A stretch of DNA of 46,698 nt, taken from positions 1 through 46,698 of the IMG/VR virus record IMGVR_UViG_3300028399_000010. One strand, given 5' to 3'. The translations under genes and the position numbers were made by a program. The notes beneath the pieces are model-generated. The model saw nothing but the letters and a program-made list of their open reading frames with translations. It had not been told where the DNA came from and ran no database searches. The DNA is from a virus (lineage: Duplodnaviria; Caudoviricetes). This document shows positions 1 to 8,984 of this stretch, in pieces. Each line of letters opens with the position of its first letter. The first letter of the stretch is position 1.

Positions 1-96
1 GGCTTTTCAGGAGGTTACGGACTGGGAACATACCAATGGTGTATTAAATGTTATGAGATTTATGATTTTATGCCTGAACCTGAGCAAGGGGAGTGA
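1..96 (+). CDS. 5'-truncated small phage protein (GYGLG...CxxC)
   Basis: Open frame from base 1, GFSGGYGLGTYQWCIKCYEIYDFMPEPEQGE*; stop TGA 94-96 directly before next ATG at 99. Confidence 0.55.
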   Translation, partial: GFSGGYGLGTYQWCIKCYEIYDFMPEPEQGE

Positions 97-98
97 TT

Positions 99-269
99 AT
101 GGAAAAAAATAAACAACGCAAACCAATATTTCGGTGCCCTGGTGGACATGATGCAAGCAATTTCGTGGATGGCGTGTTTGGGAAACGTGCACCATATTGC
201 AAACTGTGCAGAGAGTTAACACCCAACGGGAAAACAATAATCAAGTATGGATATTTGATTTACAATTAG
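99..269 (+). CDS. small Cys/His (Zn-binding-like) hypothetical protein, 56 aa, not in ORF track
   Basis: GGGGAG SD then ATG 99; MEKNKQRKPIFRCPGGH...YCKLC...YN*. Confidence 0.6.
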   Translation: MEKNKQRKPIFRCPGGHDASNFVDGVFGKRAPYCKLCRELTPNGKTIIKYGYLIYN

Positions 270-283
270 AGAGAAGGAATAAT

Positions 284-535
284 ATGTGCCAACAATGTCT
301 TAATTTGATAGAGAAATACTATCCAGATTTACCAGAAGAACATTATGCGACCTTACTAATGAATGCAACAGCATTTCCTTTTTGTCCACCAGAATATTTG
401 GAAAAACAATTACAAGAATTATGTGAGAATACTGATGGTACATTAAAAGGAGCAATAAAATATGCGAATGAGACACTTGAAAATGAAATGCACCAGTTCA
501 ATTTAAGTCATAAAGAAAGTGAGAAGGAGATATAA
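284..535 (+). CDS. hypothetical phage protein (MCQQC start)
   Basis: Within track ORF 197..535; ATG 284 preceded by GAAGGA SD and avoids overlap with 99..269. Confidence 0.7.
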   Translation: MCQQCLNLIEKYYPDLPEEHYATLLMNATAFPFCPPEYLEKQLQELCENTDGTLKGAIKYANETLENEMHQFNLSHKESEKEI

Positions 536-537
536 GC

Positions 538-789
538 ATGAAAAATCCACAAGCATTCCCAAGACCAGTAAGTGTTTTAGGAGACGTCAAACAATTTAAT
601 TATGAAATTTATCCTGAATTAGATGGTATGACATTACTTGATTGGTTTGCTGGGCAGGCATTAGCGGGCAATTTAGCAGCAGCACCACACCCTGATTTTA
701 TGAGTGATGGTATATGTGCAGCACGTGCTTATAACCTTGCTGAAGCAATGTTAAAAGAACGGCAAAAGAGATTGGAACCAAAATCATGA
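538..789 (+). CDS. conserved small phage early protein (AFP...GMTLxDWFAGQAL...AYxxAxAMLxER family)
   Basis: AAGGAG SD; motif pattern widespread in phage early regions. Confidence 0.8.
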   Translation: MKNPQAFPRPVSVLGDVKQFNYEIYPELDGMTLLDWFAGQALAGNLAAAPHPDFMSDGICAARAYNLAEAMLKERQKRLEPKS

Positions 790-1052
790 ACGACTTAATT
801 CAACGTCTCAAGGATTTGGCCACATGCAAACATGACGATCACAGCGTTGCTGGGGAAGCGGCTGAGATGTTGGAGTGGTATGACATCAAGAAAAAACTAC
901 CAGGAGTTGGAATGGAGTTTCTGGCACTGTATGAAGATAGGTCTGTTGAACATCTCCGCAGGGTTGGTAAAGATGTTTATTTTAATGTTAACACTTCAAA
1001 TGAAACAAACATAAACTGGGTAATATATTGGAAAAGAATATATTTTCCGTAA
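786..1052 (+). CDS. hypothetical protein, DUF551/Ead-like C-terminal half
   Basis: ATGA overlap with upstream gene; WYDIKKKLP...VIYW pattern. Confidence 0.65.
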   Translation: MNDLIQRLKDLATCKHDDHSVAGEAAEMLEWYDIKKKLPGVGMEFLALYEDRSVEHLRRVGKDVYFNVNTSNETNINWVIYWKRIYFP

Positions 1053-1080
1053 ACAACACAGGAGGAAAAAATGAAAAGAA

Positions 1081-1183
1081 TTGCAGGGCATTGTCCGCGA
1101 AATGGGACGGGCAGGGGTGCTCGATATGAAGATTACGGCTGGTGTGTTTCCCATACTGTTCACCAGTACGGAATGCCCTGCAA
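1081..1183 (+). ncRNA. candidate structured RNA element 1
   Basis: 12-bp closing stem TTGCAGGGCATT(1081-1092)/AATGCCCTGCAA(1172-1183), inner GTCC/GGAC, GGGCA/TGCTC and CTGGTG/CACCAG stems; GC-rich island. Confidence 0.5.
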
Positions 1184-1195
1184 AATGTTAATCAA

Positions 1196-1335
1196 GCAGG
1201 GCGGTGGCGGATTCATTAAGACACAGGAGGTTCCCCCTTCTCCAAGGCTCCGGCCTGGACTGAGGCTAAGTATACTATGCCCGAGAGAAATATCAGAATG
1301 TTGGAGATTATAGTGTCAAATCCTGCCCGCCCTGC
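1196..1335 (+). ncRNA. candidate structured, tRNA-scaffold-like RNA element 2
   Basis: GCAGGGCGG/CCGCCCTGC closing stem, GGATT/AATCC, GACAC/GTGTC, TCTCCAA/TTGGAGA; 5' GGCGGTGGCGGA and 3' TCAAATCCTGCCCGCCC resemble tRNA D- and T-arm ends. Confidence 0.5.
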
Positions 1336-1363
1336 AAAAATTAATAAAATGAAGGGGCAACAA

Positions 1364-1603
1364 ATGAAGAATAAAAAGAAAATTGATTGGGAGGCCATAG
1401 CTGAATATCTTGAATGTACGTGCAATACCATTACTCAATCTATAGATTATTTTGGCCTTAATTGCGATCCAGAAACGGTTCAAGACAAAATGTTAGATTT
1501 TAATATTGAAGTTTGTCCTGGTTGTGGATGGTGGGTGGAATCTGGCGAATTAGCCGATGATAATGGTAATATTGTTGAATGCTATGAATGCCGTTTCAAA
1601 TAA
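1364..1603 (+). CDS. small Zn-ribbon protein
   Basis: CPGCGWW and CYEC motifs; GAAGGGG SD before ATG 1364 (in frame with track ORF 1277..1603). Confidence 0.7.
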   Translation: MKNKKKIDWEAIAEYLECTCNTITQSIDYFGLNCDPETVQDKMLDFNIEVCPGCGWWVESGELADDNGNIVECYECRFK

Positions 1604-1649
1604 ACAATTACAGACATGGCGGGAAACGTGTCTAACTACTTGAACCATT

Positions 1650-2108
1650 GTGAGACAAAAGATGCAAATAGAGGGATATAAAATAACGAATCGTCTTATA
1701 CCAACTATACAATTAGTATTTGTAGTTCTGTTTTTGGTGATTGTTATAGTGAAAATATATGGAGGTAAGCAATCAGACAGCATAGATGTGTTTTCACCTG
1801 ACAGTTTATCGTTCAATGTGATTTATAGCGACAAATCGACATATTTACTCCCGATTAATTGGGGGGATGAATATATCGTTGTGGTTTTGAATATGCTATA
1901 TAAGCAATACAAAAATGCAAGTTACAACGATAGTAGCCAAACGACTAAGCATGTCGGGGATTATAGATTTTGCACATATCAGTCTACAGAATGGGAAATG
2001 ACAGATTGTGGTAATCCGTCGCATTATAACCAAAAAATCTGGACACACAAAAAACCAACTTTTCAAGGATTTATGGAATGGTTACAAGCACTGGAGGAAC
2101 AAAAATGA
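1650..2108 (+). CDS. membrane-anchored hypothetical protein
   Basis: Hydrophobic LVFVVLFLVIVIV; C-terminal HKKPTFQGFMEWL; start uncertain. Confidence 0.65.
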   Translation: MRQKMQIEGYKITNRLIPTIQLVFVVLFLVIVIVKIYGGKQSDSIDVFSPDSLSFNVIYSDKSTYLLPINWGDEYIVVVLNMLYKQYKNASYNDSSQTTKHVGDYRFCTYQSTEWEMTDCGNPSHYNQKIWTHKKPTFQGFMEWLQALEEQK

Positions 2109-2230
2109 CTGAACCAGGTAAAAGAGTTGGCGCAATTATGAGCGTTGAAAATGGAGTTGTGAAATTTTTTGGGTATGGCACATATATTGGTTCAGACAAA
2201 TGTATAATCTGTCAGATAGTAGAAGGATAA
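2105..2230 (+). CDS. 41-aa protein, possibly a truncated remnant (RVGAI...FFGYGTYIG)
   Basis: GGAGG SD, ATGA overlap, stop 1 nt before next ATG; not in track. Confidence 0.5.
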   Translation: MTEPGKRVGAIMSVENGVVKFFGYGTYIGSDKCIICQIVEG

Positions 2231-2231
2231 A

Positions 2232-2426
2232 ATGACAAAGCAAGAAAAACTCAAACGAATCATTGAATCAATAGAAAACCTTGAGGTTCCAGATTCCACA
2301 ATTATGTGTTATTGTGCAGAATTTTATAATTCAAAATGCAATGATTGTGTTGATGGAATAGCTTATGAGGATATTGGAGATAAGTTAATTCCAATAGTAT
2401 GTGATTGTGTCCTTGAAGAAAGGTAA
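2232..2426 (+). CDS. small Cys-rich protein
   Basis: CYC, CNDC, CDC motifs; GAAGGA SD. Confidence 0.65.
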   Translation: MTKQEKLKRIIESIENLEVPDSTIMCYCAEFYNSKCNDCVDGIAYEDIGDKLIPIVCDCVLEER

Positions 2427-2435
2427 AAGAATAAC

Positions 2436-2651
2436 ATGTTAGATAATTTGCTAAATGATTTAGATGTATTAACTGAATTAGATAAGGAAAATTATCAAAA
2501 ATTACATTATACAAAAATTGAAGCTATAAGTAAGAAAGGTGAATATGATGGTGCAGCTTTAATTGATGGCAAATGGATACCAAAATCACAAATGAAATGT
2601 GATTTTGATAAGAATATCTACGTAACATCGTGGATGTATTCAAAACTTTAA
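2436..2651 (+). CDS. small phage protein (WIPKSQ family)
   Basis: WxPKSQ motif common in small phage beta proteins. Confidence 0.7.
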   Translation: MLDNLLNDLDVLTELDKENYQKLHYTKIEAISKKGEYDGAALIDGKWIPKSQMKCDFDKNIYVTSWMYSKL

Positions 2652-2664
2652 TGAAAGGAATGAC

Positions 2665-3042
2665 ATGAAAAAACTAACACAAACTCAAAAAGAGTTCCTA
2701 CTATCACTATTCTTATTTATAATACTTATACTATCATTTATCTTCAGCAAAATTGATGCACAGAATAATAATTTATGGTATTATGAAACGACAACAGGAA
2801 CAAGTGATTTTTATGTTGATTCTATTGGATATTGGGAAACAATACTTGAGTTAAGTAATGAGAACAATGTATTTACTTTATATACAAAAACAGACAAGAA
2901 ACTATCTATGGAATTGAGTGGTGATACTATTAAAGTTTATGGTGATGCTGAACTTGATGATGGCGCTGAAATATTCTTTGAATTTTTAGAGAATAACTGG
3001 GATAATTTCTGTGACGATGAGGATTTTGAGTATGAATACTGA
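2665..3042 (+). CDS. exported/membrane-anchored acidic protein
   Basis: AAAGGA SD; N-terminal hydrophobic helix ending SKIDA-Q; acidic C-terminus. Confidence 0.7.
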   Translation: MKKLTQTQKEFLLSLFLFIILILSFIFSKIDAQNNNLWYYETTTGTSDFYVDSIGYWETILELSNENNVFTLYTKTDKKLSMELSGDTIKVYGDAELDDGAEIFFEFLENNWDNFCDDEDFEYEY

Positions 3043-3468
3043 TAAAGAAAATCTGATACTCGTAGCTGAATTATTGTCAGATGAAAGATACCATATTAGA
3101 AATACACAACAAACAGAATATGGTTTCATGAATGCCCTTGAACATTTAAAAAAAAGATATGGTAGAATGGATTTCATAACTGATGCTAATAAAATTTATG
3201 TGAAAGGAAATATTAAGATGGAGAAAATAAAGTTCACATTCAGTTCTTATTTAATAGGAAATGAAATAGGCATAAATTAATAAATGGTAAAGTTGTTCAA
3301 CATGCTAATGATAGGGATTGTAGAGTTCTTGGTCAAAAATATGCAGTTGCAAACGCATTAAAAGATATTCCAAGGATTAATACTGCTAATATAAAATTAA
3401 GACAAAGAATTTGGGATGCGTTTGCTAATTATTCAAAAGCATCTGCAAGGATAATGGGAAAAAAATGA
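3032..3468 (+). pseudogene. hypothetical gene interrupted by a -1 frameshift near 3275
   Basis: MNTDKEN...NEIGIN* stops at 3280; the -1 frame stays open (KLINGKVVQHANDRDCRVLGQKYAVANAL...) to TGA 3466-3468 overlapping the next ATG. Confidence 0.55.
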
Positions 3469-3842
3469 AAACTTGTCCTGCTTGTGGTTACAAAGAAGGT
3501 GTTCAGTATGATTACAGAAAAGAAATGATTTCATTATATAAGAAACGGAGAGAAACAACACAGTTATTATTAAAAACAGCAATAAATAGAATAGTTAAAT
3601 CAATTCCTTCTGAAAGAAAACATGAGAAAATGTTTTTATTTCTTAAGGGAATAGATATGGTTGATGACAATACTGTGTGTTGGGCTGTAAATAGATTTCT
3701 TGTTAATGAATATTATAATCAGCAAAAGGGATTTTCATATTTGAAAGCTATGATTATAAATGCAGGTGAAAATAGTGATATCAAAGCTGAATATGAAAAG
3801 AAAAAGATAGGAACACTTCCAAAAGAAAGAAGACTCAAATAA
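3465..3842 (+). CDS. hypothetical protein with N-terminal CxxC, possibly replication-associated
   Basis: MKTCPACG; coupled to neighbours; function inferred from position only. Confidence 0.7.
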   Translation: MKTCPACGYKEGVQYDYRKEMISLYKKRRETTQLLLKTAINRIVKSIPSERKHEKMFLFLKGIDMVDDNTVCWAVNRFLVNEYYNQQKGFSYLKAMIINAGENSDIKAEYEKKKIGTLPKERRLK

Positions 3843-4084
3843 TGGCAAAAATTTCAGATAGTAGAGTCAAAAAAATTATTTATAAATGTGGCAAAGATGA
3901 AATTGTGCATAGCATTGATGGTATTTACGAATTTGACAGAATTGAGTTCAGAAATACTAAGAATATGTTATATTATCCAAAGAAAGAAATGATAATAATA
4001 ATCAGACTTAAACATGGCTCTATGTTACCAGAATCGGGACAAAGTTCACTAATTGAAAATGTTAAGAGGATTGAAAATGAATAA
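3842..4084 (+). CDS. hypothetical protein
   Basis: TAATG overlap with upstream gene. Confidence 0.65.
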   Translation: MAKISDSRVKKIIYKCGKDEIVHSIDGIYEFDRIEFRNTKNMLYYPKKEMIIIIRLKHGSMLPESGQSSLIENVKRIENE

Positions 4085-4883
4085 GAACACAAGTATAATT
4101 AGGGGTTTGAAAGAAACATTATTTAAAGTAGAAGAATATCCTGCTCCTCATCCATTTTATAATGAAGAAGGCTGGGAAACACAGCCAACTGGTTATAAAT
4201 ATATAGTAAATGAGGAAACAGGACAAGTTATAAGTTGTAAAACAGATGATTATTTACTGGTTCCAAATAAGAGGATAATTGATTCTGTTATGCCTGCCAT
4301 TGAAAAACTTGGTGGTAAACTTGTCAGTGCTGTAATGTTTGGTTACGGAAGAAGAACTATATATAAGTTTAGATTTCCACAAAATGTCGGGATTGGTGAT
4401 GATATTATCAATCCACAGGTTATAGTTAGAAATAGCTACGATGGAAGTGTTGGTATTCACATAATTGCTGGAGCATTTAGGAAAGTTTGTTCAAATGGGA
4501 TGGTTATTGGCAATATTGTTAGTAGTATTAATAATAAACACTTAGTATATAACAAAAATCTTGAGTTATTGGAAGAACATATAAATTTGACAATACAAAA
4601 ACTTGAAGCCTTGCTAAGTGTCGCAATCCAAAAGTTAATGAATGCAAGTCCGGTCAGACCTGAAAGTATAGTTGATTTTATTGAAATGTTCCCAGAAAGA
4701 ATATCACCTTATGTTATTGAATACATGACAAATAATAAACCAAATAACTATTGGGATTTATTAAATGTGGCAACATATATAGCAACTCACAAAATGAATA
4801 GGGACGCTGAAACAACCCACAAGTTTGAGTCTGATTTATTTACTAAAGTTAGAACTCTTGCTGGAATAAAAGCAAAAGCATAA
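4077..4883 (+). CDS. DUF932/DUF945-family protein
   Basis: YLLVPN, RNSYDGS, AGAFRKVCSNGMV motifs; AGAGGA SD before ATG 4077. Confidence 0.85.
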   Translation: MNKNTSIIRGLKETLFKVEEYPAPHPFYNEEGWETQPTGYKYIVNEETGQVISCKTDDYLLVPNKRIIDSVMPAIEKLGGKLVSAVMFGYGRRTIYKFRFPQNVGIGDDIINPQVIVRNSYDGSVGIHIIAGAFRKVCSNGMVIGNIVSSINNKHLVYNKNLELLEEHINLTIQKLEALLSVAIQKLMNASPVRPESIVDFIEMFPERISPYVIEYMTNNKPNNYWDLLNVATYIATHKMNRDAETTHKFESDLFTKVRTLAGIKAKA

Positions 4884-4894
4884 AAGGAAATAAA

Positions 4895-5101
4895 ATGATG
4901 AATAATAGTGAAAATTGCTTGACTGAATTTAGTAATGATGTTTCTGTTACATTGTTATTTATAGTAATTAATTGTATGCTATTTGGTATGCAGTTAACAA
5001 TGTTATTTTTAGACCCAACATTAGTAACTATTATATTTGTTTTAATAACCTTTGGATTTATCATTTTATGGATATATACACTAAAGAAACAACTATCATA
5101 A
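4895..5101 (+). CDS. small two-TM membrane protein
   Basis: Two hydrophobic stretches; AAGGA SD. Confidence 0.6.
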   Translation: MMNNSENCLTEFSNDVSVTLLFIVINCMLFGMQLTMLFLDPTLVTIIFVLITFGFIILWIYTLKKQLS

Positions 5102-5128
5102 TGAAAGAACTATAAGGGAGCATTTTAA

Positions 5129-5431
5129 ATGGAATGGCTAACAAGATTTCAACTTAACTCATTAGTTTCAGTCATAAATACACTAACAGTTAACAGGTTA
5201 AATGACTTGAAAAGAAGTAATTTACATGACTTAGAAGTTGAGCATAGAGTTAGATTTGTTGATGATTTTGTTATCATAGAACAATTCTTAAGAAAATATA
5301 ACAGCAGAAAGAAAGGATTGGTCAAGCATTGGAAATTAAAAACTGAACATCTTACAATGCAACCAAAGCTGCATTTCAATAAAAATAAGTTTATAATTGA
5401 ACAAATGGAGGAAATTGAAGAATGCCAGTAG
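5129..5431 (+). CDS. hypothetical protein
   Basis: AGGGAG SD; overlaps start of MTase. Confidence 0.65.
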   Translation: MEWLTRFQLNSLVSVINTLTVNRLNDLKRSNLHDLEVEHRVRFVDDFVIIEQFLRKYNSRKKGLVKHWKLKTEHLTMQPKLHFNKNKFIIEQMEEIEECQ

Positions 5432-6246
5432 TAGTTCCATATTGGGGCGGTAAATACAAGTTAAGCAAATATCTAATACCGATGATTCCAAAACATAAAC
5501 ACTATATTGAAGTATTTGCTGGTGGATTGTCAATGTTTTTCCATAAAGCAAAAGCAGAGTGGAATTGCATAAATGATTTAAATAGTGATATAGTCAATTT
5601 ATACATGGTGATTGGTGATGAATATTTGTTTAATATATTTGCAAGAAAAGTATATTATGCTTTAAAAAGCAGAGAATACTATGACCAAATAAGGAAACGA
5701 GTTAAAAGTGGTTTCAAAGTTTCAATTCCAGATGTTGAAAGAGCATTTGATTATTATTACTTCCTTAGAAATTCCTTTAATGGAAGAATTGATACAGCAT
5801 TTAGCAAGGATATATCAGGATGGACTTTAAGTATGCTTGATACACTTAATTTTGCAAGAAAGGCACTTGATGGTGTAATAATTGAAAATATGGATTTTGT
5901 AAAATTGATTGAGAAATATGGTGGAAAGGAAGACGCATTCTGGTATTTCGACCCTCCATATACAATGGCTGATAAAGAAGGTTATTATACTTTAAATTTT
6001 AATGAGAATCAACATTATGAATTATCAAATAGGATTGATATTATTAATGCAACTACAGATTCAAAAATAATGGTCAGTTATGACGATAGTAAATTAATAA
6101 GAGAGTTATATAAGGATTATCATATAACAGAACTTAAAACAAAATATGCTGGAAATGTGTCAGACCCATCGAAGGAGTTTACTGAATTAGTTATCACAAA
6201 TTACAAACCACAACAACAGGAAATGCTGAGTTTATACAATGGCTAA
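5422..6246 (+). CDS. dam: DNA adenine methyltransferase, Dam/D12 class
   Basis: PYWGGK, YIEVFAGGLS (SAM-binding), INDLN, DPPY, MVSYDD, ELVITNY; target specificity not established. Confidence 0.92.
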   Translation: MPVVVPYWGGKYKLSKYLIPMIPKHKHYIEVFAGGLSMFFHKAKAEWNCINDLNSDIVNLYMVIGDEYLFNIFARKVYYALKSREYYDQIRKRVKSGFKVSIPDVERAFDYYYFLRNSFNGRIDTAFSKDISGWTLSMLDTLNFARKALDGVIIENMDFVKLIEKYGGKEDAFWYFDPPYTMADKEGYYTLNFNENQHYELSNRIDIINATTDSKIMVSYDDSKLIRELYKDYHITELKTKYAGNVSDPSKEFTELVITNYKPQQQEMLSLYNG

Positions 6247-7588
6247 AATAGTACAAAGACCGCAACCATCTGCAAAAGAAGCCGAAAAGTCAGTACTTGG
6301 TTCAATTCTGGCAAACCCAGAATTAATAGACAAGGCGGCGTCATGGCTTGTTACTCCAAAAGCATTTTATTATCAGGATTGGCAAAGAATATGGGAAGTG
6401 ATGCTTGAATTAAGAGAAGAAAGGATACCAATAGATGTTATAACTGTAATTGAAAAATGTAAAGATAAATATCCAAATGAGCAAATGGCATACATAGTTA
6501 CTGGACTTATTGATAACGCAATAATTGGGGCAAGTTCAAATATAGATGCTTATGCAAGAATAATTTGGGAAAAGCATATACAAAGGGAAGTTGGAAGAAG
6601 TGCACAAGAATTAAGAGATGCAAGTTATGATGATTATATAAAGGTTGACAAATTACTTGCAAAACATCAGATGCTTATTTCTGAGTTACAAAATCTTCAG
6701 CCAAGCAAAGAAAAAAGTATAAAACTGATTGTAAATGAGACAATAGGAAGTATAAAAGAGGGAAACGATATAATTCCTTTTGGTGTGAAAGCGCTTGATA
6801 TTCCAGTTGTAGGAATGACAAGAAAAGAAATATCAGTTTTAGGTGGAAGGCCAGGACACGGGAAAACATCGCTTGCTGTTAATATCATAAAGAGTCTTGT
6901 AGACCAGGGATATAAAGTTGTTATGTTCAATAGGGAGATGAGTAACATATCAATGATGAAAAAACTTGCAATAATAGAATCAAAAAATCTATCACAATTA
7001 AAAATGAGAAAGGGTGAATTTACTGAAGAAGAAATGAAACATTTTCTTGAAACATTAGAAATGATAAAGGAAAAGTATTCAGGAAAGTTGTTCATGTATG
7101 AAGATGTTAGAGATGTTGCTGGAGCTATGCGAGAAATAAGAAAACAAAATCCAGATGTTGTTATTGATGATTATTTACAGCTTGTTTCCGTTGAACAAAA
7201 ACTGGAAGCTCGTAGGTTTGAGATTGAATGGTTATTACATGAGTACAAATGGATTGCAAAAGAAAGAAATCTTGCAGCTTTATTAATAAGCCAACTTTCA
7301 AGAGCAATAGAGCAAAGAATAGACCCTATGCCAAGACTTTCTGATTATGCAGAAGCAGGAACAATAGAACAAGTGTGTGAAAACGCTTTCTTTGTATTTA
7401 GAGGTTATAACTTTCAACCAGATGCGTATGATGAATATGAAACAAACATAATAACAGCAAAGGCAAGATATGGTAGGATTGATAATATTGTTGTAGGTTT
7501 CAATGGTGAACGTTGTAAGTATTATCCTACAAGAGAGGAAGCATATCTTGACAGACCAAATGTACTCAACAGTAATAAAAAGAAATAA
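6239..7588 (+). CDS. dnaB: replicative DnaB-family helicase
   Basis: EAEKSVLGSIL N-domain; Walker A GGRPGHGKT; DYLQL; SQLSR; PRLSD; KARYG. Confidence 0.95.
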   Translation: MAKIVQRPQPSAKEAEKSVLGSILANPELIDKAASWLVTPKAFYYQDWQRIWEVMLELREERIPIDVITVIEKCKDKYPNEQMAYIVTGLIDNAIIGASSNIDAYARIIWEKHIQREVGRSAQELRDASYDDYIKVDKLLAKHQMLISELQNLQPSKEKSIKLIVNETIGSIKEGNDIIPFGVKALDIPVVGMTRKEISVLGGRPGHGKTSLAVNIIKSLVDQGYKVVMFNREMSNISMMKKLAIIESKNLSQLKMRKGEFTEEEMKHFLETLEMIKEKYSGKLFMYEDVRDVAGAMREIRKQNPDVVIDDYLQLVSVEQKLEARRFEIEWLLHEYKWIAKERNLAALLISQLSRAIEQRIDPMPRLSDYAEAGTIEQVCENAFFVFRGYNFQPDAYDEYETNIITAKARYGRIDNIVVGFNGERCKYYPTREEAYLDRPNVLNSNKKK

Positions 7589-7766
7589 AAAAGAACATAT
7601 TAAATGTGATATGTGTTTGCAATACCCAAAAGGATTTACAGCACAGTACTATGACTTCACTCCAGCACTTAGTAAAATCAAATTAATAATATGTGAAAAT
7701 TGTAAAAAGAGAGAGATGGGTGAAAATAAACCCACGATAAAGAATAAGGCCATGACAAAGGGATAA
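7560..7766 (+). CDS. small Zn-ribbon protein
   Basis: CDMC and CENC motifs; start uncertain within track ORF 7503..7766. Confidence 0.55.
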   Translation: MYSTVIKRNKKEHIKCDMCLQYPKGFTAQYYDFTPALSKIKLIICENCKKREMGENKPTIKNKAMTKG

Positions 7767-7841
7767 TTCTATACGGGTTCTAATATTAAAAACTAAAAAA
7801 AGTCTTATATAACAAATATATTAGGCTTATATAATTAGGAG

Positions 7842-8345
7842 TTGGCGCAAATGAGAAACAACTGGAAGAATGTAGAAAGAAGGATAGCAAAAAGATTTGG
7901 AACCGTCAGAACGCCATTGTCAGGTAGTAATTCAGGGATAACAAAATCTGATACATTGCATAAATTTATATTTAATGAAATTAAACATGGTAATAGTTCA
8001 TATATGATTAATGCAATATGGAAAAAGTGGGAAAAGGATGCTATTATAATGGTTAATAGCTCTGAGTATAATGATTCCGAACTTGTAATTATCCATATAG
8101 ATAATATCCTATTCAGACAGGCAAAGAAAGCAATCATAATTAAAAGAAAGAAACCTGCAATTACTGAACTATTTATACAAACAATGTATAGAGCAAGACT
8201 TGAAAATAAAATACCAATAGTATGTTTGCATAAGAAAGGCAAGCAAGGATTCTTGGTTGTGGTAAAACCAAGTGATATTAGTAAGATTAAAAATTACCTT
8301 GAGCTTGCAAGTAAAGGTAAAGATTTCACACTAAAAATGGAGTAA
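7842..8345 (+). CDS. Holliday-junction resolvase-like PD-(D/E)XK nuclease
   Basis: WKNVERRIAK, RTPLSG, SD...EIK; IPIVCLHKKG...LVVV; AGGAG SD fits TTG 7842 or ATG 7851. Confidence 0.75.
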   Translation: MAQMRNNWKNVERRIAKRFGTVRTPLSGSNSGITKSDTLHKFIFNEIKHGNSSYMINAIWKKWEKDAIIMVNSSEYNDSELVIIHIDNILFRQAKKAIIIKRKKPAITELFIQTMYRARLENKIPIVCLHKKGKQGFLVVVKPSDISKIKNYLELASKGKDFTLKME

Positions 8346-8347
8346 AA

Positions 8348-8674
8348 ATGAGCAAATCTAAATTTGAGTTTGTTGATAATATTGATAATAGCATTATAAT
8401 GTTTTCAAAGAATAGGGCTGAAACTCTCAGCAATTTAATGTTTACCGGAAAAGGTAAAGATTCAGAAGTTGCCAAATCAAGATATTCACAGAAACTTGAG
8501 GTAGTTATCCGTGAACTTATACTTGAATGGGAAAAGTCAAAAGCCATTTCGGTCCAACAACTAAGAAGTGAGGTTATGCAATTAAACACTGAAAGTTTAG
8601 AATCATTGTATAATGATATTAGTACTGAAATAATTAGGAGAAATAATGAAACGAGCGGTCAGGATAAAAAGTAG
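8348..8674 (+). CDS. hypothetical protein
   Basis: GGAG SD; helical composition. Confidence 0.65.
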   Translation: MSKSKFEFVDNIDNSIIMFSKNRAETLSNLMFTGKGKDSEVAKSRYSQKLEVVIRELILEWEKSKAISVQQLRSEVMQLNTESLESLYNDISTEIIRRNNETSGQDKK

Positions 8675-8714
8675 GTTGGCGTTGGCTGTGAACCAAAAAC
8701 GATCGCTCGTTTCA
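8647..8714 (+). other. 14-bp inverted repeat enclosing 40 nt
   Basis: TGAAACGAGCGGTC(8647-8660)/GATCGCTCGTTTCA(8701-8714), one G-U pair. Confidence 0.6.
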
Positions 8715-8736
8715 AAAATAATAGGAGAACAGCGAA

Positions 8737-8970
8737 ATGAATCATAAAAGACTTAAAATACTTGGGAAAAATAAGACTGAACTTACAGCTATAAACATTG
8801 GAAAAGTTATACTGTTTTCATATGGAGTTCCAGTTGCTTGCTATGATATTTATAATGGGAAAGAATATAAAACAGATAAGTTTTTTAGCAAGACAACTCA
8901 AAAACATATCAGCCAATGGATTCCAAATGCTGAAACAAAGCCACAGTCATACTTTGACAACCTACTGTAA
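8737..8970 (+). CDS. conserved small phage protein (SYxxPVA...SxTTxKHI family)
   Basis: FSYGVPVA and FSKTTQKHISQW; AGGAG SD. Confidence 0.8.
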   Translation: MNHKRLKILGKNKTELTAINIGKVILFSYGVPVACYDIYNGKEYKTDKFFSKTTQKHISQWIPNAETKPQSYFDNLL

Positions 8971-8984
8971 TCAAGGAATAAAAA

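Noticed and set aside
1071-1313. 80-aa ORF with strong RBS as a normal protein gene
   Set aside because: Runs through two structured GC-rich elements and has atypical composition; translation possible but no product assignable
1612-1633. Hairpin AGACATG/CGTGTCT as terminator
   Set aside because: Short stem without U-tract; too weak to call
7780-7835. CTTATATAA direct repeat as operator or promoter
   Set aside because: Two 9-nt AT-rich copies can arise by chance at this composition
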